DNA of 64,000 nt, from positions 1 through 64,000 of the IMG/VR virus record IMGVR_UViG_3300035675_000004; one strand, given 5' to 3'. A program made the translations under genes and the position numbers. The stretch is from a virus. Positions 11,301 through 18,955 of this stretch are shown in pieces. The number at the start of each line of letters is the position of its first letter. Position 1 is the stretch's first letter. A model generated the notes under the pieces. That model was not told where the DNA came from and did not search any database. It saw nothing but the letters and a program-made list of their open reading frames with translations.

Positions 11301-11498
11301 AATATCGAGGAAAGAGGTACAATCGGGGCCGCCGGAACAGATTTATTGGCTGCCGACCAAACAGCCACTACTACAGGGGCAACTACCACAACACTTTCCA
11401 ATCCCGGCCTTGCTGCAGATTGTTGGTTGTGGTTGGATATTAGTGCTGTAACTGACACACCAGCAATATTGGTTGTTACATTAGCAACAACTGTTTAA
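2343..11498 (+). CDS. Giant (3051 aa) GTS/GSS collagen-like repeat fibre protein with interspersed globular domains
   Basis: Roughly 1700 aa of Gly-X-Y repeats (X/Y mostly Thr/Ser). N-terminal LPAW..EGRL module is shared with other fibre genes; contains duplicated CBM-like modules. Confidence 0.85.
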   Translation: MKYYNVDAEGPIKIEIVTSLPAWEASFEGRLVYLDPEDKLYVATATGWVPAYTGTSGSSGASGTSGTSGTSGSSGTSGSSGTSGTSPPGFSSGTSGTSGTSGTSGSSGTSGSSGSSGTSGSSGMSGTSGSSGSSGTSGTSGSSGASGTSGTSGSSGSSGTSGSSGTSGSSGSSGTSGSSGSSADWGQAYRFDTSTVDGDPNIGHLRFNTSDYSTVTWIYIDLMDRYGGDLTDWLDMLDMSSSLWTKGFLRIWKDADETNYVLYNISGDLVDETGYRKIPVEHLSHHGDLYANDQNIRLGYTPSGDAGTSGTSGTSASGTSGASGTSGSSGTSGELGPAGTSGSSGTSGEAGTSGSSGTSGSSGTSGEGTSGTSGSSGLFGGDSMPYKFSTTTAGADTDARYLRFDNAAPSAATALYANIVNDDVVDITDWLDDIITGPAGVVRVFSEYDSSKFAVYTVNGQITDGTTTFKVTTGADDGHTDELISAFYASANWIGFGHHAGAVHSFVRWQNVTIPNGNTILSAYVTFNAYQNTTNDQPILIYGNDVDDAVAPTNYAGFHALVKTTAVGNWSSPGLWTQNVDYDTIDISNVIQEIVDRAGWASGNDLQLIFWNNGPTEVNHHYVPKSYDGYGTNVAARLTISYSSTTIDTKGLDVTYIDGNGTFDADERVVITYVKHGTSGSSGTSGTSGTSGSSGTSGTSGSSGSSGTSGSSGTSGSSGTSGSSGTSGVGESGTSGSSGTSGIGVSGTSGSSGTSGTGFEWIGSWAPSATYIELDVVENDNNTYVCTLSHTSSGAAYDEPGSGTFWELYWDQFVPGGSGTSGSSGTSGSSGTSGEGTSGTSGSSGTSGDAGTSGSSGTSGSSGTSGDAGTSGSSGTSGDTGTSGSSGTSGSSGTSGEAGTSGSSGTSGSSGTSGDAGTSGSSGTSGSSGSSGTSGVDGTSGSSGTSGETGTSGSSGTSGSSGTSGEAGTSGSSGTSGSSGTSGTSGSSGTSGEAGTSGSSGTSGSSGTSGDAGTSGSSGTSGSSGTSGEAGTSGSSGTSGETGTSGTSGSSGTSGDGTSGTSGSSGTSGDAGTSGSSGTSGDSGTSGSSGTSGSSGTSGSSGTSGSSGTSGDGTSGTSGSSGTSGIAGTSGSSGTSGDGFEWIGTWAPSATYNENDIVENDNDTYICTLSHTSSGAAYDEPGSGTFWELYWDTFVPGGTGTSGSSGTSGSSGTSGDGTSGTSGSSGTSGEAGTSGSSGTSGDSGTSGSSGTSGSSGTSGDGTSGTSGSSGTSGSSGTSGSSGTSGSSGTSGVDGTSGSSGTSGSSGTSGTSGSSGTSGDSGTSGSSGTSGSSGTSGETGTSGSSGTSGSSGTSGSSGTSGIDGTSGSSGTSGSSGTSGSSGTSGSSGTSGTSGSSGTSGSSGTSGIDGTSGSSGTSGSSGTSGSSGTSGSSGTSGIEYWERVGTALSPRNAGDYVDMKSAAVSGVSNLYFDTTPPTAAYEEGRLYYDETWKTLSVNIGRDVNLQIGQEELRRVYNNTGVEIADGKAVYTDGVYTDGDNDVATIALAIANDVNKYNVLGLTTQSIPASAYGFVTVRGHVNDIDTSGLTEGAVLYLSDDVAGEVTTSLPDAGNYKARIGRCITQATAENHGRINVRIFPAQKLGDLSNVSVPSPSLDDVLRFNGTEWVNGPPSVASATPGIIFYNASPTITAVSTDNETPILTLSKIPVVTAEQTNTISVASNTVLGSAWLYDTVLNRVTIDAGVWEFNIFAGVNSTIGGRVTTVTRQVYSVLPQDGSTYTVTITGSGTSRTATANGGTPFAPEKIDPSATNTTASFLQTPNGIYQITARASDTVVTITTPLGYTNESGVTFNVWKKLFGVTTSTITSISPNYALWTAQSTQAAFTITLKHKLGAMTFGTSNNTTTITLSYDGTTRNTHFKTPLITLHGNLAGLQGGTGTVPNEEYYHLTQAIYDNLVAGGGTSGSSGTSGTSGSSGTSGTSGSSGTSGSSGTSGSSGTSGSSGTSGSSGTSGIDGTSGSSGTSGIDGTSGSSGTSGSSGTSGSSGTSGTSGSSGTSGDSGTSGSSGTSGIDGTSGSSGTSGIDGTSGSSGTSGSSGTSGSSGTSGTSGSSGTSGSSGTSGVDGTSGSSGTSGSSGTSGTSGSSGTSGIDGTSGSSGTSGDSGTSGSSGTSGSSGTSGIDGTSGSSGTSGSSGTSGTSGSSGTSGSSGTSGDSGTSGSSGTSGSSGTSGDTGTSGSSGTSGSSGTSGSSGTSGSSGTSGTSGSSGTSGSSGTSGSSGTSGSSGTSGTSGSSGTSGDSGTSGSSGTSGSSGTSGSSGTSGVDGTSGSSGTSGSSGTSGSSGTSGTSGSSGTSGDSGTSGSSGTSGSSGTSGSSGTSGSSGTSGDSGTSGSSGTSGSSGTSGDTGTSGSSGTSGSSGTSGTSGSSGTSGDDGTSGSSGTSGSSGTSGSSGTSGTSGSSGTSGSSGTSGDTGTSGSSGTSGSSGTSGSGTSGSSGTSGEAGTSGSSGTSGATGITGGYLHTQSTPATAWDIDHNLNYQYVVVQVSNETDYVIAPEDIEFVDSNSILVTFSKAVSGHAAVVVGGGTSGTSGVGVSGTSGTSGSSGTSGSSGTSGDAGTSGSSGTSGEAGTSGSSGTSGSSGTSGDGTSGTSGSSGTSGSGTSGTSGSSGTSGETGTSGSSGTSGDSGTSGSSGTSGSSGTSGSSGTSGSSGTSGSGTSGTSGDTGTSGSSGTSGDTGTSGSSGTSGSSGTSGSSGTSGSSGTSGSSGTSGSGTSGTSGDTGTSGSSGTSGIDGTSGSSGTSGEDGTSGTSGSSGTSGSSGTSGSSGTSGSSGTSGSGTSGTSGSSGTSGETGTSGSSGTSGDDGTSGTSGSSGTSGSSGTSGSSGTSGDGTSGTSGSSGTSGSSGTSGSSGTSGDGTSGTSGSSGTSGSGTSGTSGSSGTSGTSGAGSNIRLFSWTIVNPTAGSGIPGPQLREAHTGTRISSYVTAATSVAFNIEERGTIGAAGTDLLAADQTATTTGATTTTLSNPGLAADCWLWLDISAVTDTPAILVVTLATTV
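4370..6645 (+). repeat. Coding GTSGSS (9/18-bp period) repeat tract 1
   Basis: Degenerate ggaacatctggttcatca-type units with synonymous codon variation. Confidence 0.95.
8220..11165 (+). repeat. Coding GTSGSS repeat tract 2, interrupted by one small domain at about 9870-10070
   Basis: Same repeat units. Confidence 0.95.
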
Positions 11499-11509
11499 AA
11501 GGAAATTGT

Positions 11510-12646
11510 ATGAAATCAAATATACCGTTGAAGAATTTTAGTGATTATTTCTTTGAAAATATTTCTGTGGGTTATACAAATCAATTACAGATAACATCTG
11601 TATGTAATGCAAAATGTATGTTTTGTTCAAATGAACAGAACCCATTTGAAATAAAGAGATGCTCTTTCAGACCATTAGAGGAGATAGAGAAGGTTATCTG
11701 GGCAACACCGGAAATCAATGGGATAATATATCTCAATGACAGTTTGCCCGGAAGGATATCAGAAGGCGAAGCATTTTTACATCCTGATTTCTTTCAGATT
11801 TTGAGAGTTATAAGAGGAAAGTTTAATAATGTGATAAAGGCAACAACAAACGGTTCAATGCTTACACCGGAACTTATTAGACAGATAAAAGATTATGCTC
11901 CCTTTGAAGTTGCAATATCTCTGCCTACTATTGATAGGGAACATTGGAAGGAAGTTTTCAGTTTGAAGGATGAGCATTATTATACAACAATAAATTCCTT
12001 TCCTCTTTTGGCGAGCCATAATATCGGTGTTACGGCAAATATGACCCCGATGCCGGCTTGGTTGGGATGGAAGGAGTTGGAAGAAACCTTTGAGTTTCTA
12101 TCCAGAAACGCACGACATATTTTGATATATGCTCCGGGCTATACGAGACTTTCAAAGATACCGGATAAAATGGTATATGACAAAATGGAATTGTCTCTGT
12201 TTCTGGAAAAGATGAGTAAAAAATACTCTTTTACATATACTTGGAATTTAGACCCAAGAAAGGCTTTATACATAAGTTACGATGCGATAACCGATGTTAT
12301 ATGGGGATCATATAGATTGGGGCACAGGAATTTTCTATGGCTTACATCGGTAGCTGCAAGGGAAAGGTTTGAAAGACTTTTAAATGAGTTAAGTCTTGGT
12401 ATCCCGATAAATAGTGTTATAGTAAATGTTCCGAATAATGTTTATGGTGGTAATATCGAATGTGCTGGTCTGTGGATGATACAGGATATTTACGATGTTC
12501 TCGATGACTATCTGGCGAAAAATAAAATGCCGGAAACAGTTGTTATGCCAAAGGGATTTCTGGACAAGTATGGTTATGATTTGCGAGGAGATAATATAAT
12601 AGATTTATTTAAAAAATATCAAAATCTCCATATCGCACTAATATAG
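11510..12646 (+). CDS. Radical SAM protein, DUF512-like C-terminus
   Basis: CNAKCMFC (CxxxCxxC), GEAFLHP, TTNG and a C-terminal GGNIECAGL motif. Confidence 0.85.
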   Translation: MKSNIPLKNFSDYFFENISVGYTNQLQITSVCNAKCMFCSNEQNPFEIKRCSFRPLEEIEKVIWATPEINGIIYLNDSLPGRISEGEAFLHPDFFQILRVIRGKFNNVIKATTNGSMLTPELIRQIKDYAPFEVAISLPTIDREHWKEVFSLKDEHYYTTINSFPLLASHNIGVTANMTPMPAWLGWKELEETFEFLSRNARHILIYAPGYTRLSKIPDKMVYDKMELSLFLEKMSKKYSFTYTWNLDPRKALYISYDAITDVIWGSYRLGHRNFLWLTSVAARERFERLLNELSLGIPINSVIVNVPNNVYGGNIECAGLWMIQDIYDVLDDYLAKNKMPETVVMPKGFLDKYGYDLRGDNIIDLFKKYQNLHIALI

Positions 12647-12647
12647 A

Positions 12648-13331
12648 ATGGCTACAAAAGCAACAGATTATAATGCAACAACGATAATTACTACCCCACT
12701 TGGTGTAAGTCAATATATTGTTGAATGTCGAGGCGGCGGGGGTGGTGGTTCTTATACCGGCTCCAAAACTGCAAGACCGGGCGGAGGCGGTGGTGGCGGT
12801 GGATATGCAAAGACCGCAGTGGTTTATGTAATAGCAGGTAAAAATTACACCGCTACTGTGGGTGCTCAAGTTGCACATCAAGCTGCGGGCAACAAATCGG
12901 AATTTACGGGAGAAAAGACTACAAGTTGTAGTGCAGATGGTGGTGGAACAACCTCAACATATAAAGGAGGCGCCGGCGGTGCAGGAAAAGTTGGGGATTC
13001 AAAACAAACTGGTGGTGCCGGTGGCCAGGCGGACAACACTAATGACTATGGTGGTGCTGGTGGTGGAGAAGGAGCCGATTCTGGAAAAACAGGTATTGCG
13101 GGCAAAGCCAATACTACATCAACTGGTGGTGCTGGTGGAACAGGCGGAGATGGTGGAGATGGTGGAGCAGGTGGAGATAACACGAAAGCAGGGAATGATG
13201 GAATACAACCCGGCGGTGGTGGTGGAGGAGCCGGTGGTACTAATGACACCGCGGGAAAAGGAGCAGCAGGACGGGTGACAATAACATATACCATACCAGT
13301 AAATGTTTTACAGAATGTTGTATGTGTATAA
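12648..13331 (+). CDS. Glycine-rich protein (polyglycine-II-type domain, adhesin/fibre tip-like)
   Basis: GGGGGG runs; typical VEC.GGGGGG...GGGGGY.K...G.G..GRV.ITY pattern. Confidence 0.7.
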   Translation: MATKATDYNATTIITTPLGVSQYIVECRGGGGGGSYTGSKTARPGGGGGGGGYAKTAVVYVIAGKNYTATVGAQVAHQAAGNKSEFTGEKTTSCSADGGGTTSTYKGGAGGAGKVGDSKQTGGAGGQADNTNDYGGAGGGEGADSGKTGIAGKANTTSTGGAGGTGGDGGDGGAGGDNTKAGNDGIQPGGGGGGAGGTNDTAGKGAAGRVTITYTIPVNVLQNVVCV

Positions 13332-13358
13332 AAATATTTTTATGAGTGAATAAGAAAT

Positions 13359-15491
13359 ATGGAATATCATAAAATTATAATGGAAGGTGAGATCTGGGTT
13401 GAGAAGGTTGCAAGTCTGCCTCCGTGGACAGCAGCTGACGAAGGTAGATTGGTATATGATTTAGACACCAATAAACTTTATGTTGGCTCTGATACAGCCT
13501 GGGTCGAGTCCGGCACAGCTGGAACTTCTGGAACATCTGGTTCAAGCGGAACATCAGGCGAAGCCGGCACGAGCGGCACCTCTGGAAGTTCTGGAACATC
13601 TGGTTCAAGCGGCACGAGCGGAAGTAGCGGAACATCTGGTTCAAGCGGCACGAGCGGAAGCTCAGGCACATCAGGTGATACCGGCACAAGCGGGAGTAGC
13701 GGAACATCAGGTGATACTGGAACGAGTGGAAGCTCAGGAACCAGTGGTGATAGCGGAACATCGGGTTCATCAGGCACATCGGGAAGTTCGGGCACAAGTG
13801 GAACATCCGGTTCGAGCGGAACCTCGGGCAGTTCTGGAACATCGGGTGTTGATGGAACGAGTGGAAGCTCTGGAACCTCCGGCGACACCGGCACATCAGG
13901 AAGCTCGGGCACATCTGGTTCAAGCGGAACGAGTGGAAGCTCAGGAACATCTGGTTCAAGTGGCACGAGCGGAACCAGTGGAAGCTCCGGCACGTCAGGT
14001 GAAACTGGCACAAGCGGAAGTAGCGGAACATCAGGAAGCTCCGGCACTTCGGGCGATACAGGCACAAGCGGTTCAAGCGGAACATCGGGTTCAAGCGGAA
14101 CAAGTGGAACATCAGGAAGTTCAGGCACAAGTGGTGATACCGGCACAAGCGGAAGTTCGGGAACATCGGGTTCAAGCGGAACATCGGGTAGTTCTGGAAC
14201 ATCCGGCACTTCGGGAAGCTCGGGAACATCAGGAAGCTCCGGCACTTCGGGCGATACAGGCACAAGCGGTTCAAGCGGAACATCGGGTGATAGTGGCACA
14301 TCAGGAAGTTCCGGAACCAGTGGAGAAACTCCACAAGTAATTTATGGGGAGGGCCCGCCGCCTTCGGGTTCATATGACGAGGGAACCATCTATATTCAAA
14401 CAGACGGAACATCAGGAACGAGTGGAACTTCTGGTAGTTCTGGAACATCGGGCACATCAGGAAGCTCGGGCACATCAGGAAGCTCAGGCACATCAGGAAG
14501 CTCAGGCACATCAGGCGATACAGGCACAAGCGGAAGCTCAGGCACATCAGGAAGCTCAGGCACATCAGGAAGCTCAGGCACATCAGGAAGCTCGGGCACA
14601 AGTGGTGATACCGGCACATCCGGCTCAAGTGGAACATCTGGTTCTTCAGGCACAAGTGGAACATCGGGAAGCTCGGGAACATCCGGCTCAAGTGGAACAT
14701 CGGGTTCTTCCGGCACTTCGGGTTCAAGCGGAACATCTGGTTCTGGTACAAGTGGAAGCAGCGGAACTTCGGGAGCCTCAACCGTACTTGGAGGATATTT
14801 GCATACTCAAACCGACCCAGCTTCAGCGTGGAGTGTATCTCACAGTTTGGGTTATCAATATTCTCTTGTTCAGATTACCAATTCATCAAATAAGGTTGTT
14901 ATCCCTCAGCAGATAATTCTTACCGATGTGGATAATCTTGTCGTTACATTTACCGAGCCGGTTTCTGGATATGCTACAGTTGGTGGTGGAAGCGGCACAA
15001 GTGGAACTTCGGGCACATCTGTCACAGACATTGTAAATGATACATCACCGCAACTCGGCGGTGACCTTGATCTCAATAGTTATTATCTTGATCTTTCTGC
15101 ACCCGATAATACAAAAGGTAGTGGATGGATAGATACAATAACATTGGGCGAAACTGTTTCTGCCGGACAAACGGTTTACATAAAATCTGATGGTGCTTAC
15201 TGGTTATCTGACGCAAGTGCTACAACAACAATGCCTGCCGTTGCTATTATGTTGGAAGCTGGCACAGCTGCACAATCAAAGAAAGCATTGTTCTGGGGCT
15301 TTATGAGAAATGATGCGTGGAGCTGGTCATTTGGTGGAGATGCTGGTATACTTTATGCTTCAACAATCGTTGGAGAGTTGACACAAACAAAACCATCAAC
15401 ATCGGGTGATCAGGTTCAAGTTATGGGAGTTGCGAAAAGCGCAACAGTAATAATTTTCAATCCAAACTTCGGATTAGCAGAGGTAACATAA
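13359..15491 (+). CDS. Second GTS/GSS repeat fibre protein (710 aa)
   Basis: Same N-terminal LPPWTAADEGRL module, GXY tracts, 'DTSPQLGGDLD' motif and a C-terminal TTMPAVAI cement-like domain. Confidence 0.85.
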   Translation: MEYHKIIMEGEIWVEKVASLPPWTAADEGRLVYDLDTNKLYVGSDTAWVESGTAGTSGTSGSSGTSGEAGTSGTSGSSGTSGSSGTSGSSGTSGSSGTSGSSGTSGDTGTSGSSGTSGDTGTSGSSGTSGDSGTSGSSGTSGSSGTSGTSGSSGTSGSSGTSGVDGTSGSSGTSGDTGTSGSSGTSGSSGTSGSSGTSGSSGTSGTSGSSGTSGETGTSGSSGTSGSSGTSGDTGTSGSSGTSGSSGTSGTSGSSGTSGDTGTSGSSGTSGSSGTSGSSGTSGTSGSSGTSGSSGTSGDTGTSGSSGTSGDSGTSGSSGTSGETPQVIYGEGPPPSGSYDEGTIYIQTDGTSGTSGTSGSSGTSGTSGSSGTSGSSGTSGSSGTSGDTGTSGSSGTSGSSGTSGSSGTSGSSGTSGDTGTSGSSGTSGSSGTSGTSGSSGTSGSSGTSGSSGTSGSSGTSGSGTSGSSGTSGASTVLGGYLHTQTDPASAWSVSHSLGYQYSLVQITNSSNKVVIPQQIILTDVDNLVVTFTEPVSGYATVGGGSGTSGTSGTSVTDIVNDTSPQLGGDLDLNSYYLDLSAPDNTKGSGWIDTITLGETVSAGQTVYIKSDGAYWLSDASATTTMPAVAIMLEAGTAAQSKKALFWGFMRNDAWSWSFGGDAGILYASTIVGELTQTKPSTSGDQVQVMGVAKSATVIIFNPNFGLAEVT
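13513..14775 (+). repeat. Coding GTSGSS repeat tract 3
   Basis: Includes near-perfect 18-bp tandem ggcacatcaggaagctca units at about 14450-14600. Confidence 0.95.
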
Positions 15492-15691
15492 TGGCTACCC
15501 TTGCTAAAATATATGGAATAGATGTATCATCATTGTCAAAAATATACGGTATAGATATATCATCTATAGGAAAGCTTTACGGTGTGGATTTGGAGGCAGG
15601 CATAGGTGATATGGAATGGACTATGGAAGGCCCAGTAATGAGAAATAACAATACGGAAGCTTGGACATTGGAAGGCTTCAGGATTATGTAA
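15491..15691 (+). CDS. Small protein with three 11-aa KIYGID repeats
   Basis: LAKIYGIDVSS-LSKIYGIDISS-IGKLYGVDL; start overlaps the upstream stop (TAATG). Confidence 0.65.
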   Translation: MATLAKIYGIDVSSLSKIYGIDISSIGKLYGVDLEAGIGDMEWTMEGPVMRNNNTEAWTLEGFRIM

Positions 15692-15693
15692 TT

Positions 15694-18534
15694 ATGCCTA
15701 CTTGGTATCTTGATGTAGTAAATGGGAGTGATTATAGAGGGGGTGACAGTTGGACAGTTCCCGCTGGAGGTTCTGGAACCGATGGTATATCAAACGGAAC
15801 AACCACCTTTACTTCTGCAACTGCAACCTTCACCGGAATGGAAGGAAGGTATATCTGGATTGGCTCCAATGCTACGACATTATTATTTTGGGGAACAATA
15901 AATACCGTTTCCGATGCAAATACGGTTGTATTGAGTGGAACTGTTACTACTGGGTCAGGAAGATATTTTTATGTTGGTGGTGCTTGGCAATCGGGGGCAG
16001 GAGCTCTTGCCGCGAGAACAGCGCCGGGAGACACGATAAGAATTGCAAAAAGCCCAGACCCATATAATGTCGGCACAAATTTTATTTGGACGAATGGAAA
16101 AGCAACCGTAAGAACAGGAACGAGGATTGCGACAGTTGCATCTGCTTGGACGGCGAGTGAAAATGTTTTTACCGGCGCGTCAACGAATGCAACTTATAAC
16201 AATGAAGATGAAGGATATTCTCAATCCATAGCAACAAATGCAAGTTTTGGAACAGGATTATTAGCATATAAAGATTTTGACTCACTTGATTTGAGTGGAT
16301 ATACAAGGGTTACGTTACAACTTTATTCTTCGATTGCATTGTTAGCGGATGATTTATCAATACTTCTCGATAATACTAGCGGTTGTGGTTCTCCCGTGGA
16401 AACCATTTCAATACCACGGGCATTTACTGCTAATATGAAAAGTATAGTTGATGTTCCCTTAGCAAATCCCGCAAGTGATAGTGCGATAGTATCCATAGGT
16501 CTACAGGCAAATCGTGATTTTGGAGCAGCCACGGTTTATATAGCGGCAATTTGGGCTTACAATACGGATGACATCGGACTTCATGTGGATGATATGACAG
16601 AAAAATCTATCTGGACAGCATCTGCAAATATTACTCTTGGAAATACAACTGTTAGCGGTTATGAATGTATGTCTATAACACCAGCAGCTGGTTTTGGAAC
16701 TGGTATTGCTTGTTACAGAGATTATGCTTCTACTGTTGATTGGTCTGATTATGATTATGTTTATGTAAAAATATCCACTGGCGCAGCTACTGCGGCAGGA
16801 GTTATTCAATTTTATATTGACGATACTGCTGGATGTGTATCACCACTTGAGACAATGACAACAAGTGGTGTTTTAGGAACTGGACAGTTTCACTTTCATA
16901 GATTTACAATATCAAATAAAGCGGCTCTTTCTGCAGTAAAGTCTATAGGAATTGGGTATGCCTCTGACCCCGGCACAATTTCACTTTATGTTATGACTAT
17001 ATTTTTAGGTAAATCTGGTGGGTTCAATCCAGATTGTATATTTGGTAAAGATGATACTTCTAACGAATGGTATGCAATAAGAAAATGTCAAGGAACAAAT
17101 TTTATTGAACTTGGAGACCAATCAGGACAGGTAACAGGAACAGAATTATATTTTAGCGATACCGCATCGGAAACAACATCAGGGTATTGTCAGGAAACAT
17201 CAATCGGCACGGTAGGCACTCTCTATGAAAGTGGAACAGCTGGAAACCCGATTACTTATGATGGTGGGTGGAATACAGCTACAAATGAAAAAGATGGTAT
17301 ATCTTGGCATGATGCGAGAACCTATAATAGTACAGGATTTGCTTGTGGTGCTCTTAATTATATAACCATCACTAATGTTGGTTTGGTTAGGGCAACTTTT
17401 AATGGTGGTACTGGAACCAATATTATCATAGATTCGCCCGGAGTTATTTGTTCAAATAATGCCCATACTCATTCTGCAGCGTCTGGCACCGCCAATTTTA
17501 ATATTACCATTGATTTCGCCTCATTCTGCTCAACGGTAGTTAATATCGGAGGTCACGACCATACCGTATTGGTGTCAAAGACAGTTAGTTGTGGGTATGC
17601 ACTTACCGCGAATGCGTTTTTAAAAAGATCAACTCTTACTCTGACAGAAAGTAATGGGTTTATGTCCACATATCCTATTGTTGATATGTCTATTGGGGAT
17701 GTAAATCAAAATAGATATATTATAGGCAATATCAAACAGGCCGGCGCGACTGGCATTAATCTCCTCGGCGCCCAAAACTTTCTTTCGATAACCGGAGATA
17801 TTACATCATATTCTGGTCAAACAACGGATGGTATTTACATTAGTACCGGCACAGAGAATTTTGTAAAGATGGTTGGAAATATTGATGGTTGTGATAATGG
17901 AGTATATGTATATTATGGTTGTCAATCAGTTTATATATCAGGCCCGGTAATTAAAAATTCCTCTACGGCTGATATCTATGTATATAATGTTACGGGCACA
18001 TTAAAGGCATACTTTGATAATGTGGATTGTCAAACTGTTGGAAAAGAAGTTGTCTTTATGTCATCACCAGATTTCTGTAGTGGTATAGTATTTTTCTCTC
18101 GATGGGATAAAACAGACGGAAGTTTCAGACAATACCATACTGACAGGTCATCAGGTGGCATCGGCGCTATCATCCAATCAAATACGGCTGAGGCGGAGGC
18201 CGGCTCCTGTATTCAATGCGAAGTGTCTTGTGATGCAGATTCGTATGCAAGGTTTAAAGTTGCTGGTATTCCTACGGAAACATCAGGTTCAAGAACAATA
18301 AGTTTCAAGATAAAGAAAGACGGAACATATGATGGTGATGCAAGACCGAAAGCTGCGGTATTTCAGAATGGTTGTCTGGTAACGGATTATACAGCAATAT
18401 CGGGAGATGTGACTGAAAGTTATGTCGCATACACAATTACAGCAACAAAACTGGAAGCGGGATATTACGAGTTGTGGTTTGAAGTGAACGGAACAACCGG
18501 AAATCTTTACATAGACACAATAACTTGGACATAA
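15694..18534 (+). CDS. Large tail spike/fibre-like protein (duplicated beta-sandwich plus probable beta-helix)
   Basis: Likely ATG at 15694 (MPTWYLD..NGSD...GDSW; PGDTIRIAK). Internal duplication 'WTAS.N...FGTG..AY.D'. Confidence 0.6.
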   Translation: MPTWYLDVVNGSDYRGGDSWTVPAGGSGTDGISNGTTTFTSATATFTGMEGRYIWIGSNATTLLFWGTINTVSDANTVVLSGTVTTGSGRYFYVGGAWQSGAGALAARTAPGDTIRIAKSPDPYNVGTNFIWTNGKATVRTGTRIATVASAWTASENVFTGASTNATYNNEDEGYSQSIATNASFGTGLLAYKDFDSLDLSGYTRVTLQLYSSIALLADDLSILLDNTSGCGSPVETISIPRAFTANMKSIVDVPLANPASDSAIVSIGLQANRDFGAATVYIAAIWAYNTDDIGLHVDDMTEKSIWTASANITLGNTTVSGYECMSITPAAGFGTGIACYRDYASTVDWSDYDYVYVKISTGAATAAGVIQFYIDDTAGCVSPLETMTTSGVLGTGQFHFHRFTISNKAALSAVKSIGIGYASDPGTISLYVMTIFLGKSGGFNPDCIFGKDDTSNEWYAIRKCQGTNFIELGDQSGQVTGTELYFSDTASETTSGYCQETSIGTVGTLYESGTAGNPITYDGGWNTATNEKDGISWHDARTYNSTGFACGALNYITITNVGLVRATFNGGTGTNIIIDSPGVICSNNAHTHSAASGTANFNITIDFASFCSTVVNIGGHDHTVLVSKTVSCGYALTANAFLKRSTLTLTESNGFMSTYPIVDMSIGDVNQNRYIIGNIKQAGATGINLLGAQNFLSITGDITSYSGQTTDGIYISTGTENFVKMVGNIDGCDNGVYVYYGCQSVYISGPVIKNSSTADIYVYNVTGTLKAYFDNVDCQTVGKEVVFMSSPDFCSGIVFFSRWDKTDGSFRQYHTDRSSGGIGAIIQSNTAEAEAGSCIQCEVSCDADSYARFKVAGIPTETSGSRTISFKIKKDGTYDGDARPKAAVFQNGCLVTDYTAISGDVTESYVAYTITATKLEAGYYELWFEVNGTTGNLYIDTITWT

Positions 18535-18543
18535 ATATAAAAT

Positions 18544-18945
18544 ATGGACGCATATGAATTAACAATTAAAGGTGAGATATACGCAGACACGACTACTGTT
18601 CCGGGTAGTGCATCGTGCACACTGGCGGCCTATCAATGCTATGGAACAATCATCAGCAATTATGGTCAGGGCGCTGGTGATGTAGTTATCAATTTACCAA
18701 CAGCTGCCGCAGGATTGACATTTATTGCCGTAGTTGGAACTGCTCAAGCAGCAAACTACTGGAAATTAAGAGCTGCTGCCAATGATAAGATTTATCTCGA
18801 CGGTGCCGGCGGTGCAGATAATGGATATGTGGGTCTTGCCGCGCCTGTAGTTGGTAACTATGCTACCTTCTTTACTTTCCAGACGGGTGCTACTACATGG
18901 GATTGGATATGTAAATCAGGCGAGGGAATATGGGCAGCATCATAG
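18544..18945 (+). CDS. Hypothetical virion protein
   Basis: 'INLPTAAAGLTF' motif is typical of fibre-associated beta domains. Confidence 0.55.
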   Translation: MDAYELTIKGEIYADTTTVPGSASCTLAAYQCYGTIISNYGQGAGDVVINLPTAAAGLTFIAVVGTAQAANYWKLRAAANDKIYLDGAGGADNGYVGLAAPVVGNYATFFTFQTGATTWDWICKSGEGIWAAS

Positions 18946-18955
18946 GAGCATTGAG

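Noticed and set aside
2462-14916. Long antisense and alternate-frame ORFs (PDVPELP..., MFLMNQ..., EHQEVL...)
   Set aside because: They are shadows of the GTSGSS codon repeat, which lacks stops in other frames. They begin and end with the repeat tracts.
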